From Octopus sinensis (Eukaryota), in the NCBI RefSeq assembly GCF_006345805.1, contig NC_043009.1, forward strand, positions 9,424,001 to 9,488,000: DNA of 64,000 nucleotides. The letters run 5' to 3'. Of this stretch, positions 50,222 through 63,611 are shown one piece after another. The translations under genes were made by a program, and so were the position numbers. Numbering within the stretch: the first letter of the stretch is position 1; every line of letters begins with the position of its first letter. A model generated the notes under the pieces. It was not told the DNA's origin. It was given only the letters and a program-made list of their open reading frames with translations, and did no database searches.

Positions 50222-51139
50222 ACATACATACATACATACACACACATACATTTATTCACGTGCGCACTTACACGTGTGTATACGGAAGAGAGCGCGCATG
50301 CACGCACACACAAACACACCTATACTCTTATATATATATATACATCCATTTACATATATTCTTATACATAATTATGTATATGAGAGAAAGAGAAACAGTA
50401 AAAGAATGGCGGGGGAGGGAGGGGGAGAAACGACGGAGGGGGGGGGGGAAGCGGTGTCTTCGCTTCACACACGGACACGCGCACCCACGTATACCTACAT
50501 TTGCATATATCTATCTATCTATCTATCTATCTATATATATATATACATACATATATATATATATATCAATACGCACGCACGCATATAGCATCGTTCCCCA
50601 TCAACGCCACCGCCACCCTTACCACCACCACCACCACCGCCGCCGCTGCCGCTGCCGCCACCACCATCGCCTCCTCCGCTCTCTTCTCTCCTGCTAAACC
50701 TCACGCCAAGCTGTTGTGCTAGCTTAGCAAATGTTGACCTACTAAAAAAGCCTGTAATATACTATGACTGATTGAAGATAACTAAAATCGTGTGCACTGT
50801 TGTAGATAGTTACATTCAGTATGGTTTAGTTCCTGCTAGCAATAGTACACTTGACTCTGGCCTTGAACAGGCTCCTTCTAACTATCTCTTTATTCTCTCT
50901 CTCTATTTATCTCTCTCTCTCTCTCTCTTTTTGTTTATCTCTTTCTTTCCCTTTTTGTTTCTCTCTCTTTTCCCATTACCCTCTCTCTCTCTCTCTCTTT
51001 ATCTTCATCTTCAGTTGCTGTTAGTAAAAGCCTCTTCATCACTTAAATCAATTACAGCTATACTGGTGCCAGAAGTTGTTATTCTTGCTGGCGATGAAAA
51101 ACAATAATGTTAATATACAATACACACAAAAATCGCAAG

Positions 51140-51176
<37 letters not shown>

Positions 51177-51569
51177 ATGTATCTGTTATGTGTCTGTGTA
51201 GTGTAATTGTGTGTGTGTGTGTGTGCGCGTGTATTAAGGTAACCTTATTACCTGAATCCACATTTTAAAATAATCCATACTCAATGTTTAGTGCAATGAT
51301 AATTAATAAATGTTTGTATTTGTGTTTCTGTATATATTTGTGTTTATTTGTGTGTATGTGTGTGTGTGAGTGAGTGTGTGTGTGTGTCTTCATGTCCCCG
51401 TATCTTAACAGTTCAACAAATAAAGAGTGATAAAATAGGTACTTGATTGAAGTATTCACTGGGGTTGATAGGATCAGCAAAATATGTGAAGGCAGTGCCT
51501 TTGCATAGTTGTAACCCAAGTATTGAGGGCAGTGAAAGAAAAAAACAAATTAAAGAATTTGAATGTGTA

Positions 51570-51607
<38 letters not shown>

Positions 51608-51929
51608 CCACACAGATACACACAAATACACATATCTATATAGTACATATAGTACGCAATAATGACTTTTGTATATCTTTTACTTGTTTCAGTCATTGGA
51701 TGGCGGCCATACTCTCGGGCACTGCTTTGTAGGGTTTTCAGTCAAATAGACTGAGCCATGTATTTATTTTTTATAAGTCTGGTACTTATTCTATTCAGCC
51801 TTACTGCCAAACTTCTAAGTTACAGGGATGTTAGCAAATCCACACTGATTGTCAAGCAGTGGGTGGGGCAAACATAATCACAGATACATATACACACACA
51901 CACACACACATATGTATAAGTATATATAT

Positions 51930-52214
51930 CAACGTGACCGACCAGGCTATCAGATGTTGCTACACATCGCTGGTCACAATGTGCTTCGCATTGTTTTAGC
52001 CTTCAAATGACGCCACCCCGCTGGCTAAGCGAGCAGGCCGACAGAAGAAAGAGCGAGACAAAGTTGTGGCGAAAGAGTACAGCAGGGATTGCCACCACCC
52101 CCTGCCGGAGCCTCGTGGAGCTTTAGGTGTTTTCGCTCAATAAACACTCACAATGCCCGATCTGGGAATCGAAACCGCGATCCTACGACCACGAGTCCAC
52201 TGCCCTAACCACTG

Positions 52215-52218
<4 letters not shown>
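51930..52218 (-). mobile_element. SINE family D variant
   Basis: cccagtggttagggcagtggactcg...ggtttcgattccc head with a distinct tail. Confidence 0.8.
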
Positions 52219-52255
<37 letters not shown>

Positions 52256-52599
52256 GATGGGCTTCCACACAGTTTCTGTCTACCAAATTCACCTGAAAGG
52301 CATTGGGTGGAGCTGGAGCTATAGGAGAAGACACTGGCCCAGAGTACTGCATAGTGGGACAGAACCCAAAACTAGATAGTTTCAAAGCAGACTTCTTAAC
52401 CACACAGCCTTGCCCCCGAAACTTTCTTTTTCTTTTTTTTTCTTTACCTTTTGCCATTGCTGAAAGAAGGCACTACTGACCGAAATGATGACCTCTCACC
52501 CCTATTTACATCCTGGAAGCATTACATTTGTTACCTTGTGTCTCTGTTTCTTTTTCTCTCCCTTGAAAGCCTTATGTGTGTGTGTATGTGTGTTTGTGT

Positions 52600-52850
52600 C
52601 CCCTTGCTCTAGACTCTGTTGCCACACCTGTCCATTCATCACCAACACCACCTCCCCTCACTGGAACCAATCAACACACTATCCACATCTGGGACTCCTA
52701 TTCTTGCACCTCTTCCAACATTATCCGATTGCATCCAATTTTCTCGACCGTTCTTTCCCTTCTCTCTGGACCTTTCCTCTTTCCCCTTTTTGATGAAGAC
52801 CCACAATACGTTCACTGCGTATGTCCTTTTGTTGTTTTTCTTTATATTTT
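52600..52850 (+). pseudogene. Penelope-like element remnant (Cys motif and start of GIY-YIG domain)
   Basis: PCSRLCCHTCPFITNTTS / LTGTNQHTIHIWDSYSCTSSNII (one frameshift) resembles PLE CxxxxCxTCPxI...ITxxFxCxSxNxIY. Confidence 0.65.
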
Positions 52851-53911
52851 TGATTTACCTATACACACACACACACACATAGTGAAGGTGCATGGCTCAG
52901 TGGTTAGAGCATCGAGTTTACCATCATGAGGTTGTGAGTTTGATTTTCAGACCAGGCTGCATCTTGTCTTCTTGAGCAAGACACTTTTTTTCACGTTCTT
53001 CCAGTTCACTCAGTTGTAGAAATGAGTTGTGATGTCACTGTCTGTGTGACATATATGTATCTGAGTTTATGTTTGTCCCGCCCCTTGCTTGACAACCAGT
53101 GGCATGGAGACGGGAGGCTGGTATACATGGGCGACTGCTGGTCGTCCATGAAAACAACCCTAGGTTGTGCGTTCACTGGTGAGGCGACTTTCCCACCAGA
53201 CTTGTACTCCAGAAGGGAACCTCTTAGGTGCACCCATGGTCATTTGTGACCAATGGAGTCGTCCTATATATATATATATATATAAAAATACAAAATGGGA
53301 CAAGAACGCAAAACATCCATGATACAAAAAATGCGGACGGGTCATTCGAAGCCTTTAATCTTCAGTCAAGAACCGGATCATCCTCGCAATTTCGGCTGAT
53401 TAATCTCGAGATTGCTCCAATCTGGCCAAGGAAAAACTAAGCTAAGAGCATTAGATTCCTTGGAATCTATATATATGTATGAATTACCCTATGTTTACCG
53501 TTAACATGGAAAATTCAATAAACTGCTACCAGGGTAGCAAAATTCACGTCAGAAACATGGTTGAAGCGACCTATCCAAAGGTAGAAACTCCGGGTTAATG
53601 TGCAGTAATTTGTATGTTATAAATGAATAAATAAATAGTTAGATTGGTTCAGACTGTCCGTATCCTTTCCTTTCGATAAGGGCAAGGGATTTTGTAACAT
53701 TTGCAACTCTTAACTCTTCCATATTCTCTTCTCTAAGAATCACCTTGTTAACACACTCATAGAGAGATCTTACAAATGTAAACACTGGCAGAAACATACC
53801 TTTAACTCATATAAGTGATTTCACCAGTCTTTATAGTTTCAACAGTTAGTTTAACTTGCACTTTACTTCAATAGAGAAGTCTATTTCTAAGCCTTTGAAC
53901 ATTTTTTCAAT

Positions 53912-54072
53912 CAGGAGCAGGAGTGAAGAACAGCTCTTTCGAGAGGTTACACTTTCCGCTTAAGATGTTGTGAGCAAGAATGAGATCACCACGGCGGCGG
54001 CGGCGTTTTTCTAGAGAATAAAGGTCGAGCATCTTCAGCCTTTCTCCATAAGACAAATGCTTGAGACCAAGG
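53912..54072 (-). pseudogene. CR1-type LINE C-terminal fragment (second family)
   Basis: LGLKHLSYGERLKMLDLYSLEKRRRRRGDLILAHNILSGKCNLSKELFFTPAP. Confidence 0.8.
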
Positions 54073-54734
54073 TGCCATGCAGTGGGACTGAACCCAGAAT
54101 CATATAGTTGGGAAGCGAACTTCTTACCATACGTCCATGTCAGTGTCTATTATTTAATTGGTTATAATTGTTATGATCCCTGTTTGTCTTCAGGTACAGC
54201 TATAAATACTTATTTATCGCCCAGTTAACATAAATCTTTGTAGAATGTCACCGCCAAGTATTAATTATCAGTTCGTTATCACTCATATATGTTAAGTAAT
54301 CTCATATTATAATTATGCTCAGTAATAAATAAGAAATTGAAATTGAAAAATATTTCATATCAAACGTTGGTTGCTATACAAAATTAATTGTATTGGCTTT
54401 ATAAATGAGTTACACACCCACGTGCACACACACATATATATACACACACATATAATGTTAGGCCTAATTTACATAAATCTATTTAGCAAGTCACCACTGG
54501 CTATTAAGCTGGTCATAAATAATAAATCTATACTGTGATGATGATGATGGTGATGATGACGACGACCATGACGACTGTGACAATGGTGATGATAACAATT
54601 ATTATTATTATTATTATTATTTGATGGCTATTGCATTTGCTATATGAAGTTAAGTGTTATTGGCCTTTGTTGCTGTTACTATTAACATTAGGGATCTTAG
54701 CAGTTTCTAATAATACTATATTCGTAATTAGAAA

Positions 54735-54767
<33 letters not shown>

Positions 54768-54775
54768 GGTATTAA

Positions 54776-55162
54776 GGTGGCAAGCTGCCAGAATTCTTAG
54801 TATGCTGGATGAAATGCCTCGCGATATTTTACCTGTCGTTACATTCTGAGTTGAAATTTCGATAAGATTCACTCTGCCTTTCATCCTTTTGGGGGTCAAT
54901 AAATTAAGTACCAGTTGTGTACTGGAGTCAATCTAAATAACCCTAAGCCCTCCCCCAAAATTTCAGGCCTTGTGCCTAGAGTAGAAAGGATTATTATTAA
55001 AGTGGCGAGCTGGTAGAATCATTAGCACGCCAGACAAAATGCTTAGCAGTATTTCATCTGCTGCAACATTCTGAGTTGACTTTGCCTTTTATCCCTTCAG
55101 GGTCAATGAAATCAACTCATCCCCTCCCCCAAAATTGCTGCCTTTGTGGCAAAATTTGAAAC

Positions 55163-55195
<33 letters not shown>

Positions 55196-55392
55196 GGTAG
55201 TGAGCTGGCTGAATCATTAGCACACCAGGCAAAATGCTTAGTGGTATTTCGTCTGCCACTACATTCTGAGTTCAAATTCCTCCAAGGTTGACTTTGTCTT
55301 TCATCATTTCGGGGGTCGATAAATTAAGCACAGTTGTGCATTGATTCACTCCCCCCCAAAAAAATTTCAGGCCTTGTGCTTATAGCAGAAAA
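54776..55392 (+). mobile_element. Head-to-tail array of three SINE family C copies; a fourth at 56358-56571
   Basis: Each begins aa(g/a)gt(g/a)g(c/t)(a/g)agctg directly after (ATT)n. Confidence 0.85.
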
Positions 55393-55419
55393 GATTATTA
55401 TTACTATTATTATATTATA

Positions 55420-55450
<31 letters not shown>

Positions 55451-55654
55451 TATTATTATTATTATTATCATTATTATATTATTTATTATTATTACTATTA
55501 TTATATTATATTATTATTATTATTATTAGTATATTATTATTTTATTATTATTATTATATTACTATTATTATTTTATTAGATATTATTATTACTATTATAT
55601 TATTATTATATCATTATATTATTAGATTATTATTATTATTACTTTATTATATTA

Positions 55655-55691
<37 letters not shown>

Positions 55692-55853
55692 TATTATTAT
55701 TATTATTATTATTAGTATTAATTACTATATTATTATTATTATTATCATTATTATTATTAGTATTATTATTACTATTATTATTATTATTATTATTATTATG
55801 GGGGTTATTATTATTATATTATTATTAGTATTATATACTATTATTATATATTC

Positions 55854-55887
<34 letters not shown>

Positions 55888-55984
55888 CATATTATTATTT
55901 TATTATTATTATTATTACTTTATTATTATTATTATTATCATTATTATTATTATTATTATATTATTATTACTTTATTATTATTAC

Positions 55985-56033
<49 letters not shown>

Positions 56034-56169
56034 CTAATTATTTTATTATTAATTATTATTATTACTATTATTATTATTATTATTATCATATTATTATATT
56101 ATTATTATATTATTACTATTATTATTATTACTATTATTATTATTTTATTATTATTATTATTATTATTAC

Positions 56170-56211
<42 letters not shown>

Positions 56212-56228
56212 TATTACTATTATTATTA

Positions 56229-56272
<44 letters not shown>

Positions 56273-56315
56273 TATTACTATTACTATTATTATATTATTA
56301 TTATATTATTATTAC

Positions 56316-56356
<41 letters not shown>
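55393..56356. repeat. About 960-bp degenerate (TAT)n microsatellite
   Basis: Directly visible. Confidence 0.95.
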
Positions 56357-56357
<1 letters not shown>

Positions 56358-57535
56358 GGTGGTGAGCTGACAAAATCCTTAGCACACCAGGCAAAATGCT
56401 TAGCAGCATTTTGTATGTCTGCATGTTCTGGGTTCAAATTCTGCTGAGGTCGACTTTGCCTTTCATCCTTTTGGGGGGTCAATAAATTCAGTACCGGCTG
56501 AACACTTGGGTAGATGTAATCGACTAGCACCCTCCCTGCAAATTTCTGGCCTTGTGCCAAAATTTGAAACCATTATCATTGTTATTATTTACTTTTAGTC
56601 TGCATGTTTGTTACAATCACTTGCCGAGACACACTCAGCACCCTAGGGCAAGTGAAGGATAAAAGATGTTACAGTATAACCAAAAGTTTGGGGAGAAGAA
56701 GTGGCAGGGGTAGTAGTGAAATATCTCCATGTAATACAACACAGACATTTAAATTGATAGGACTTTTCTAAGGATGTAGGCAGTATTTGTTAGTACAATC
56801 TTTTGGACTTCTCTGAGATATGGTTCTCCTGGGATGTTGTCCAGATGTTTTTGTCATCCCTTTTTTTATCATAGCTAGGGTACCACAATTACTATCACTA
56901 TTAAAATAAATGTTATAGGCATTTATAATAGATATTATCAATCACCATAATAATCTTTCTACTACATACACAAGGTCTGAAATTTTGGAGTTGGGGGCTA
57001 GTCAATTGTATTAACCCCAGTGTTCTACTAATACTTTGTTTTTATTCACCCTGAAAAGATGAAAGGTATAATCAGCCCTTGCGGGATTTGGGCTTGGAAT
57101 ATAAAACCTGAAAAAATGCCATGAAGCATTTTTTCCAAAGTGCTACCAATTCTGCTAAGTTTGCCACCCAATAACAACAACAATAGTAATAGTAAGAATA
57201 ATAGTGGTTTCAAATTTAGGCACAAAGCCAGAAGTTTTTGGAAAGTGGGGTAAGTCAATTACGTTGAGCACAGTGCTTGAGTTCTACTTATTTTATTGAC
57301 CCTGAAAACATGAAAACCAGAAGAAATCTTGTCCTGCATGTAAATTATTCTACCCTTTGACAACCAGACCAATGTTGGTTTGTTTACATCCAAATAACTT
57401 TGCAGTTTCACGAAAAAGACTGGTAGAATAAGTACAAGACTTAAAAATAAGTACTAGGAGCAATTTGTTCAACTAAACCCGTCAAGGCTTTGCCCCAGCA
57501 TGGCTGCATTTATATATGTTTTATATTATTCTCCT

Positions 57536-57573
<38 letters not shown>

Positions 57574-57641
57574 GTGTGGTGTGTGTGTGTATGTATGTAT
57601 GTATGTATGTATGTATGTATGTATATATATATATATATAGG

Positions 57642-58769
57642 AGATAAATAAAATATATGCATACATACAAACATATATGTACGTACCTACATCTACATGT
57701 ATATATACATGCATATATAAATAATTATACGGAAGTACAGGACATCACAATAAGACGTAGAAACAGAAAAAGCCAAAAACAAAAAACAAGAAAACGGAAA
57801 ACGAAAACCAAATACAGGACAGGTTACACAAGGACAAAACCCCCGTCATCAGCTGTCGCTAGAGGAGTCAGGCATGTTTCGAAGGCATAACAGAACACTA
57901 ATCCAATAGGCCTTCCTGCGAGAGAATTAAAATAAAATTTCAAGCAGCGGGGCACAATGAGTACGAAACAACACAACAATACGTAACACAATAAGACTGC
58001 AAAATTAAAATACATGTACAAAAACAAACACAAGAGGACGAACGAAAAGCCTTTTTTCTGGCATAGACAAACAATAAAACTGCAAAAATAAAAATACATG
58101 TACAAAAAGTACAATTAGTTACAAAACGAGAAATAACAGAATACTATACAGAAATTAACCACACAAGGGGACGAACGAAAAGCCTTTTGGCTGGCAAGGA
58201 CGAAAGTGTAGTAGCAGCGCGTGGAGGCAGTCTTTTCAATAGTGGTAACCACGTGTAAAGGAATTTTGTTTTATAGGCAAGGAAGAGGGAAGAGAGGGGG
58301 ACACGCGGCGAGAGAGAGGAGGAGGGGGAGGGAGAAAGATTGAATAGTTAAGCAAAGGGAGAGAGTACCGCATCTTCAATATAATAATATTAATATAAAA
58401 AAAAAAGGGGACCAGAAGTGGATCGAAACGACGAATCGGAACGAACCTGATGCGGGGCGCTGTCATACATAAGACAGATAAATAAAAATATATGCATACA
58501 TACAAACATATATGTACGTACCTACATCTACATGTATATATACATGCATATATAATAATTATACGGAAGTACAGGACATCACAATAAGACGTAGAAACAG
58601 AAAAAGCCAAAAAAACAAAAAACAAGAAAACGGAAAACGAAAACCAAATACAGGACAGGTTACACAAGGACAAAACCCCCGTCATCAGCTGTCGCTAGAG
58701 GAGTCAGGCATGTTTCGAAGGCATAACAGAACACTAATCCAATAGGCCTTCCTGCGAGAGAATTAAAAA
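57642..58769 (-). mobile_element. Element with about 290-bp direct terminal repeats (57642-57932, 58476-58769) each holding a hammerhead-like motif; non-autonomous Penelope-like candidate
   Basis: Near-identical direct repeats about 836 bp apart, flanked by (TA)n/(TG)n; minus strand ACAG-CUGAUGA-CGGGGG-UUUUG-UCCUUG-U-GUA-AC-CU-GU-C-CUGU. Confidence 0.7.
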
Positions 58770-58801
58770 TTATATATACATACACACACACACACACACA
58801 C

Positions 58802-58839
<38 letters not shown>

Positions 58840-58892
58840 CACACACATATATATATATACATACATTATATGTATATGTATGTATATATATG

Positions 58893-58935
<43 letters not shown>

Positions 58936-59180
58936 TATATATGTATATATATACACGCACACACACACATATATATATAGTGAGAGAGAGAGTCTAAGGA
59001 AATAGTGTAGGATTCTCTAATTAAAGGAATTTGTAATATATATGAATTGAAATGGCTTCATGCCGGAATGGAAATCCTGTCAATATATTTACCAACTGTG
59101 AATGTAGCAGATTCTACATTTTATGTATTAAACCATAACTGTCTTGATTATCATTACTGTTTTAATCTTAATATCTCTGC

Positions 59181-59520
59181 TTGCGAAGACCTGTCGAGGC
59201 AAGTGAAATTGAAATTGAAATCGATCAAAAATCAATGGAAATTGTAGTTGTGATACCAGTGCCGGTGGCACATAAAACAATCCATCCGAATGTGGCTGAT
59301 GCCATCCTCGCCTGGCACCTGTGCTGGTGGCACGTAAAAGCACCCACTACACTCACGGAGTGGTTGGTGTTAGGAAGGGCATCCAGCTGTAGAAACACTG
59401 CCAGATCAGACTGGTGCCTGGTGCAGCCTCCTGGCTTCCCAGACCCCGGTTTAACTGTCCAACCCATGCTAGCATGGAAAACGGACATTAAACGATGATG
59501 GTGATGATGATGATGATGAT
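59181..59520 (+). mobile_element. RTE LINE ORF end plus 3'UTR with (GAT)n tail
   Basis: AKTCRGK* then the 3'UTR shared with 18782-19160. Confidence 0.8.
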
Positions 59521-61568
59521 CAGAACTTCAGTATAGAAAATGCCACATCTCTAATACTTTTGTCGTTTTGTTAAAGGCCCAGCATTCTGATATCTAACCT
59601 CCCCACGTTTTTCCTATGTCTTTTTTTGTCATGAGAAACATTACCTTGCTTGGAAACATGCGAGGGTTGGCAACAGGAGGGCATCCAGCAAAAAAAAGTC
59701 TACCTCAATAAATTTCATTTAGTTTTTAAATGATAACGAATATGGAAGCAGCGGCGGTGGTGAAAGTATCATCAATGTTATTTGTTTTGGCAATTTAAGC
59801 ACCTTTACCAATTCCAGTAATAATCTCCACTATTAGCACCTGGTGACATGTTTCTTAGAGAGGTGTATATTCATTGACAGTAACCTTTGCACAATGAAGA
59901 TTTTGTGACTTTAGCAGCATAAAATGTGAAGTTGAGACTTTTAGCAATGTTCATAGAACGGCATTATTTATTTATCCTGGCAGAAGTGTTAACACATCAG
60001 GCAACATATCTTAATGATATTTACTAATTAATTAAATCTATTACAAAGTTATTTCATGCAGGAAAGATATGAACAAGCTTGTGATGTGTCTGTGTGTGAA
60101 AACCAGGAAAATACAAGCCAGGCAAAGATTAATGACAGAAGAGCCTCTGGTTCTAGAATATTGCTTGAGTATACTTCATTTGTGGAGGCACGTGGCTTAG
60201 TGGTTAGGGTGTTGAACTCATGATCGTAAGGTTGTGGTTTCGATTCCTGGACCGGGCGACGCATAGTGTTCTCGAGCAAAACACTTCATTTTTACGTTGC
60301 TCCAGTCCACTCAGCTGGCAAAAATGAGTAATCCTGAGATGGACCAGCGTCCTGTCCAGATGGGGAGTTTCTACGCCACTGAAACGGGAAACCGGCCCTT
60401 ATGAGCCTGGGCATGGCTCAAGAAGGAACATTTAAAAAATTTTTTTATATTTTCATTCAACCCAGTCCAGCATGGGGAGGATATAAAAATGATGATGGTG
60501 ATGATGATGACAACGATAATGATGATGATGATGATGATGATCAGAACTTCAGTATAGAAAATGCCACATCTCTAATACTTTTGTCGTTTTGTTAAAGGCC
60601 CAGCATTCTGATATCTAACCTCCCCACGTTTTTCCTATGTCTTTTTTTGTCATGAAGAAACATTACCTTGCTTGGAAACATGCGAGGGTTGGCAACAGGA
60701 AGGGCATCCAGCAAAAAAAAAGTCTACCTCAATAAATTTCATTTAGTTTTTAAATGATAACGAATATGGAAGCAGCGGCGGTGGTGAAAGTATCATCAAT
60801 GTTATTTGTTTTGGCAATTTAAGCACCTTTACCAATTCCAGTAATAATCTCCACTATTAGCACCTGGTGACATGTTTCTTAGAGAGGTGTATATTCATTG
60901 ACAGTAACCTTTGCACAATGAAGATTTTGTGACTTTAGCAGCATAAAATGTGAAGTTGAGACTTTTAGCAATGTTCATAGAACGGCATTATTTATTTATC
61001 CTGGCAGAAGTGTTAACACATCAGGCAACATATCTTAATGATATTTACTAATTAATTTAAATCTATTACAAAGTTATTTCATGCAGGAAAGATATGAACA
61101 AGCTTGTGATGTGTCTGTGTGTGAAAACCAGGAAAATACAAGCCAGGCAAAGATTAATGACAGGAAGAGCCTCTGGTTCTAGAATATTGCTTGAGTATAC
61201 TTTCATTTGTGGAGGCACGTGGCTTAGTGGTTAGGGTGTTGAACTCATGATCGTAAGGTTGTGGTTTCGATTCCTGGACCGGGCGACGCATAGTGTTCTC
61301 GAGCAAAACACTTCATTTTTACGTTGCTCCAGTCCACTCAGCTGGCAAAAATGAGTAATCCTGAGATGGACCAGCGTCCTGTCCAGATGGGGAGTTTCTA
61401 CGCCACTGAAACGGGAAACCGGCCCTTATGAGCCTGGGCATGGCTCAAGAAGGAACATTTAAAAAATTTTTTTATATTTTCATTCAACCCAGTCCAGCAT
61501 GGGGAGGATATAAAAATGATGATGGTGATGATGATGACAACGATAATGATGATGATGATGATGGTGGT
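59521..61568 (+). repeat. Near-identical tandem duplication of about 1.02 kb (59521-60541, 60542-61568) bounded by (GAT)n, containing a SINE D copy
   Basis: cagaacttcagtatagaaaatgcc starts both copies; visible differences are single-base indels. Confidence 0.95.
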
Positions 61569-62934
61569 GATGATGATGATGACGATGGTAATGACAATGA
61601 TAATAAAGAGATAGTCATGCTATCACTTTAAATATGTAATAGATGCAGTTATGGCTGTGTGGTATGAAGTTTGCTTCCCAACCACATGGACTTGAGTTCA
61701 GTCCCACTGTATGGCACATTGGGTGTCTTCTGCTATAGCCCCAAGTCAACCAAAGTTTGAGTGGATCTGGTAGATGGAAACCAAAAGAAACCTGTTGTGT
61801 GTGTGTATGTGTGTGCACGTGTGTGTGTGTGTGTGTGTTTTACTGTCCCCTTGCTTTGATGTGTGATAGTTGAAAACAAGTGTCACTGTGGTGCAAGTGG
61901 TTCTTTTCATTTTCAATCTTCCATGAAAACATGTCTGGTCACGGGGAAAAAATATTACCTTGCTTGGAAACAGGTGGAGATTAGCAACGGGAAGAGCATC
62001 CGGCTGTTAAAAGCTCACAACAGATTCCGTTCGACAGATGCCAGCATGGAAAAGTGGATGTCGAACAATGATGATGACGTATATTACACGACAGCACGAC
62101 TTTTACACTTCCCTCTATGTGCATGTGTGAGTGTGTGTGCACATGCGTGTATGCGTGTGTGTGTGTGTGTGTGTACAAATCTGTGTAGTTGATTTATCTA
62201 CATCTTTCAGTTGATGTTGCCTTTCATGCCTTGTTTCACAATTCATTTGTTTCCCTTGTAATATTTGTCCAAGATGCTTTCCGAATATAATGTTTCATTG
62301 ATTAAGAAGTTATACGGTCCATCACTTTGGATTGTCATTTTCTTTAACTTATTTATTTCTTTATTTATTCATTTTTATCCTTTAAACTTTTTTTTTCTTT
62401 CTTTCTTTCTTTAAACCTTTAATTGTTTTTATCTTTGATTAGAGGTTTCTCTTCTCTGATGGATTTTCTTGTTCAAATATAAAAAAAAAAAAATCTTTGT
62501 TTATCTTTTCAAAACATTTCATTTTGTTTGATGACGAATACTTTTCCTCCCCCTAACCCTCTTTCCCTCTTAATCTATCCTTCTTTCTCTCCCTCCCTAC
62601 CCACTCTCGCTTTCTTTTTCTTTTTTTTTTCTTCTCCATCTTTGCTTTGCTCTGCTCAAAGGAGTTTTCGGTTTCCACTTGCCAGATCAGTTTTATTTTT
62701 ATTTTTATTTTTTTCTTCCTCTCGATATTCTTCATAATTTGTGTAAAATATTTGCTGTTTTTGTTGTTTTTTGGTTGAGAAAGTGTTGTTTCCTTTTTAT
62801 GTGATAAATATTTGTGCCCTTTTTATTTATTTTTTTAAAACTTAGATATCGTATATCATCGGTATATCTTCTCCATTCTGTTTTGTCTATCTTTTGTATT
62901 TCTCATTTGAAGCTAGTACTGATGTTTTCTTAAT

Positions 62935-62959
62935 GTGTGTGTATATTTGTCCATGTGTA

Positions 62960-63014
<55 letters not shown>

Positions 63015-63028
63015 TATATATATGTATG

Positions 63029-63065
<37 letters not shown>

Positions 63066-63290
63066 ATATGTATGTATGTATATATATATATGTATGTATA
63101 TATGTGTGTATGTATATATATATGTGTATATTTATGTGTAAACATATGTATACATATATATATATGTATGTATATATATATAGACATATATATGTATGTG
63201 TGTATATACATATATATGTGTGTGTGTATATACACACACACACACACATACCCACACACACACACACACACATACACACACACACACACT
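62935..63290. repeat. (TA)/(TG)/(CA) compound microsatellite
   Basis: Directly visible. Confidence 0.95.
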
Positions 63291-63611
63291 TTGTGTTCAT
63301 GGATTTCAATTCTTCAGTTTTCACATAAGCTGTGTGTAAACGATATGATTCACATTAATTATATTTATTTAATATATTTTCCCTTCGTGTGAGTATTGTT
63401 AGATGTTTGAGTGTGCTTTTGAGATTTTTCATCTTCTTTCTGTTCTTTTCCTTAAATTTTGGATAAGGTACAAATATGCGATGTTGATTTATTATGGATT
63501 TTTTAGAATTTTTATTTCATTAGGTTATATTTTAACATATTTTATCATATTTTATACTTTTGAGTCATTTATTTCTCTAATCTCTTTTAATCATTAATAC
63601 TACCATTGTCT

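Noticed and set aside
50772-51107. Possible terminal exon LLLVKASSSLKSITAILVPEVVILAGDEKQ* after a pyrimidine tract
   Set aside because: No upstream partner exon or homology recognisable
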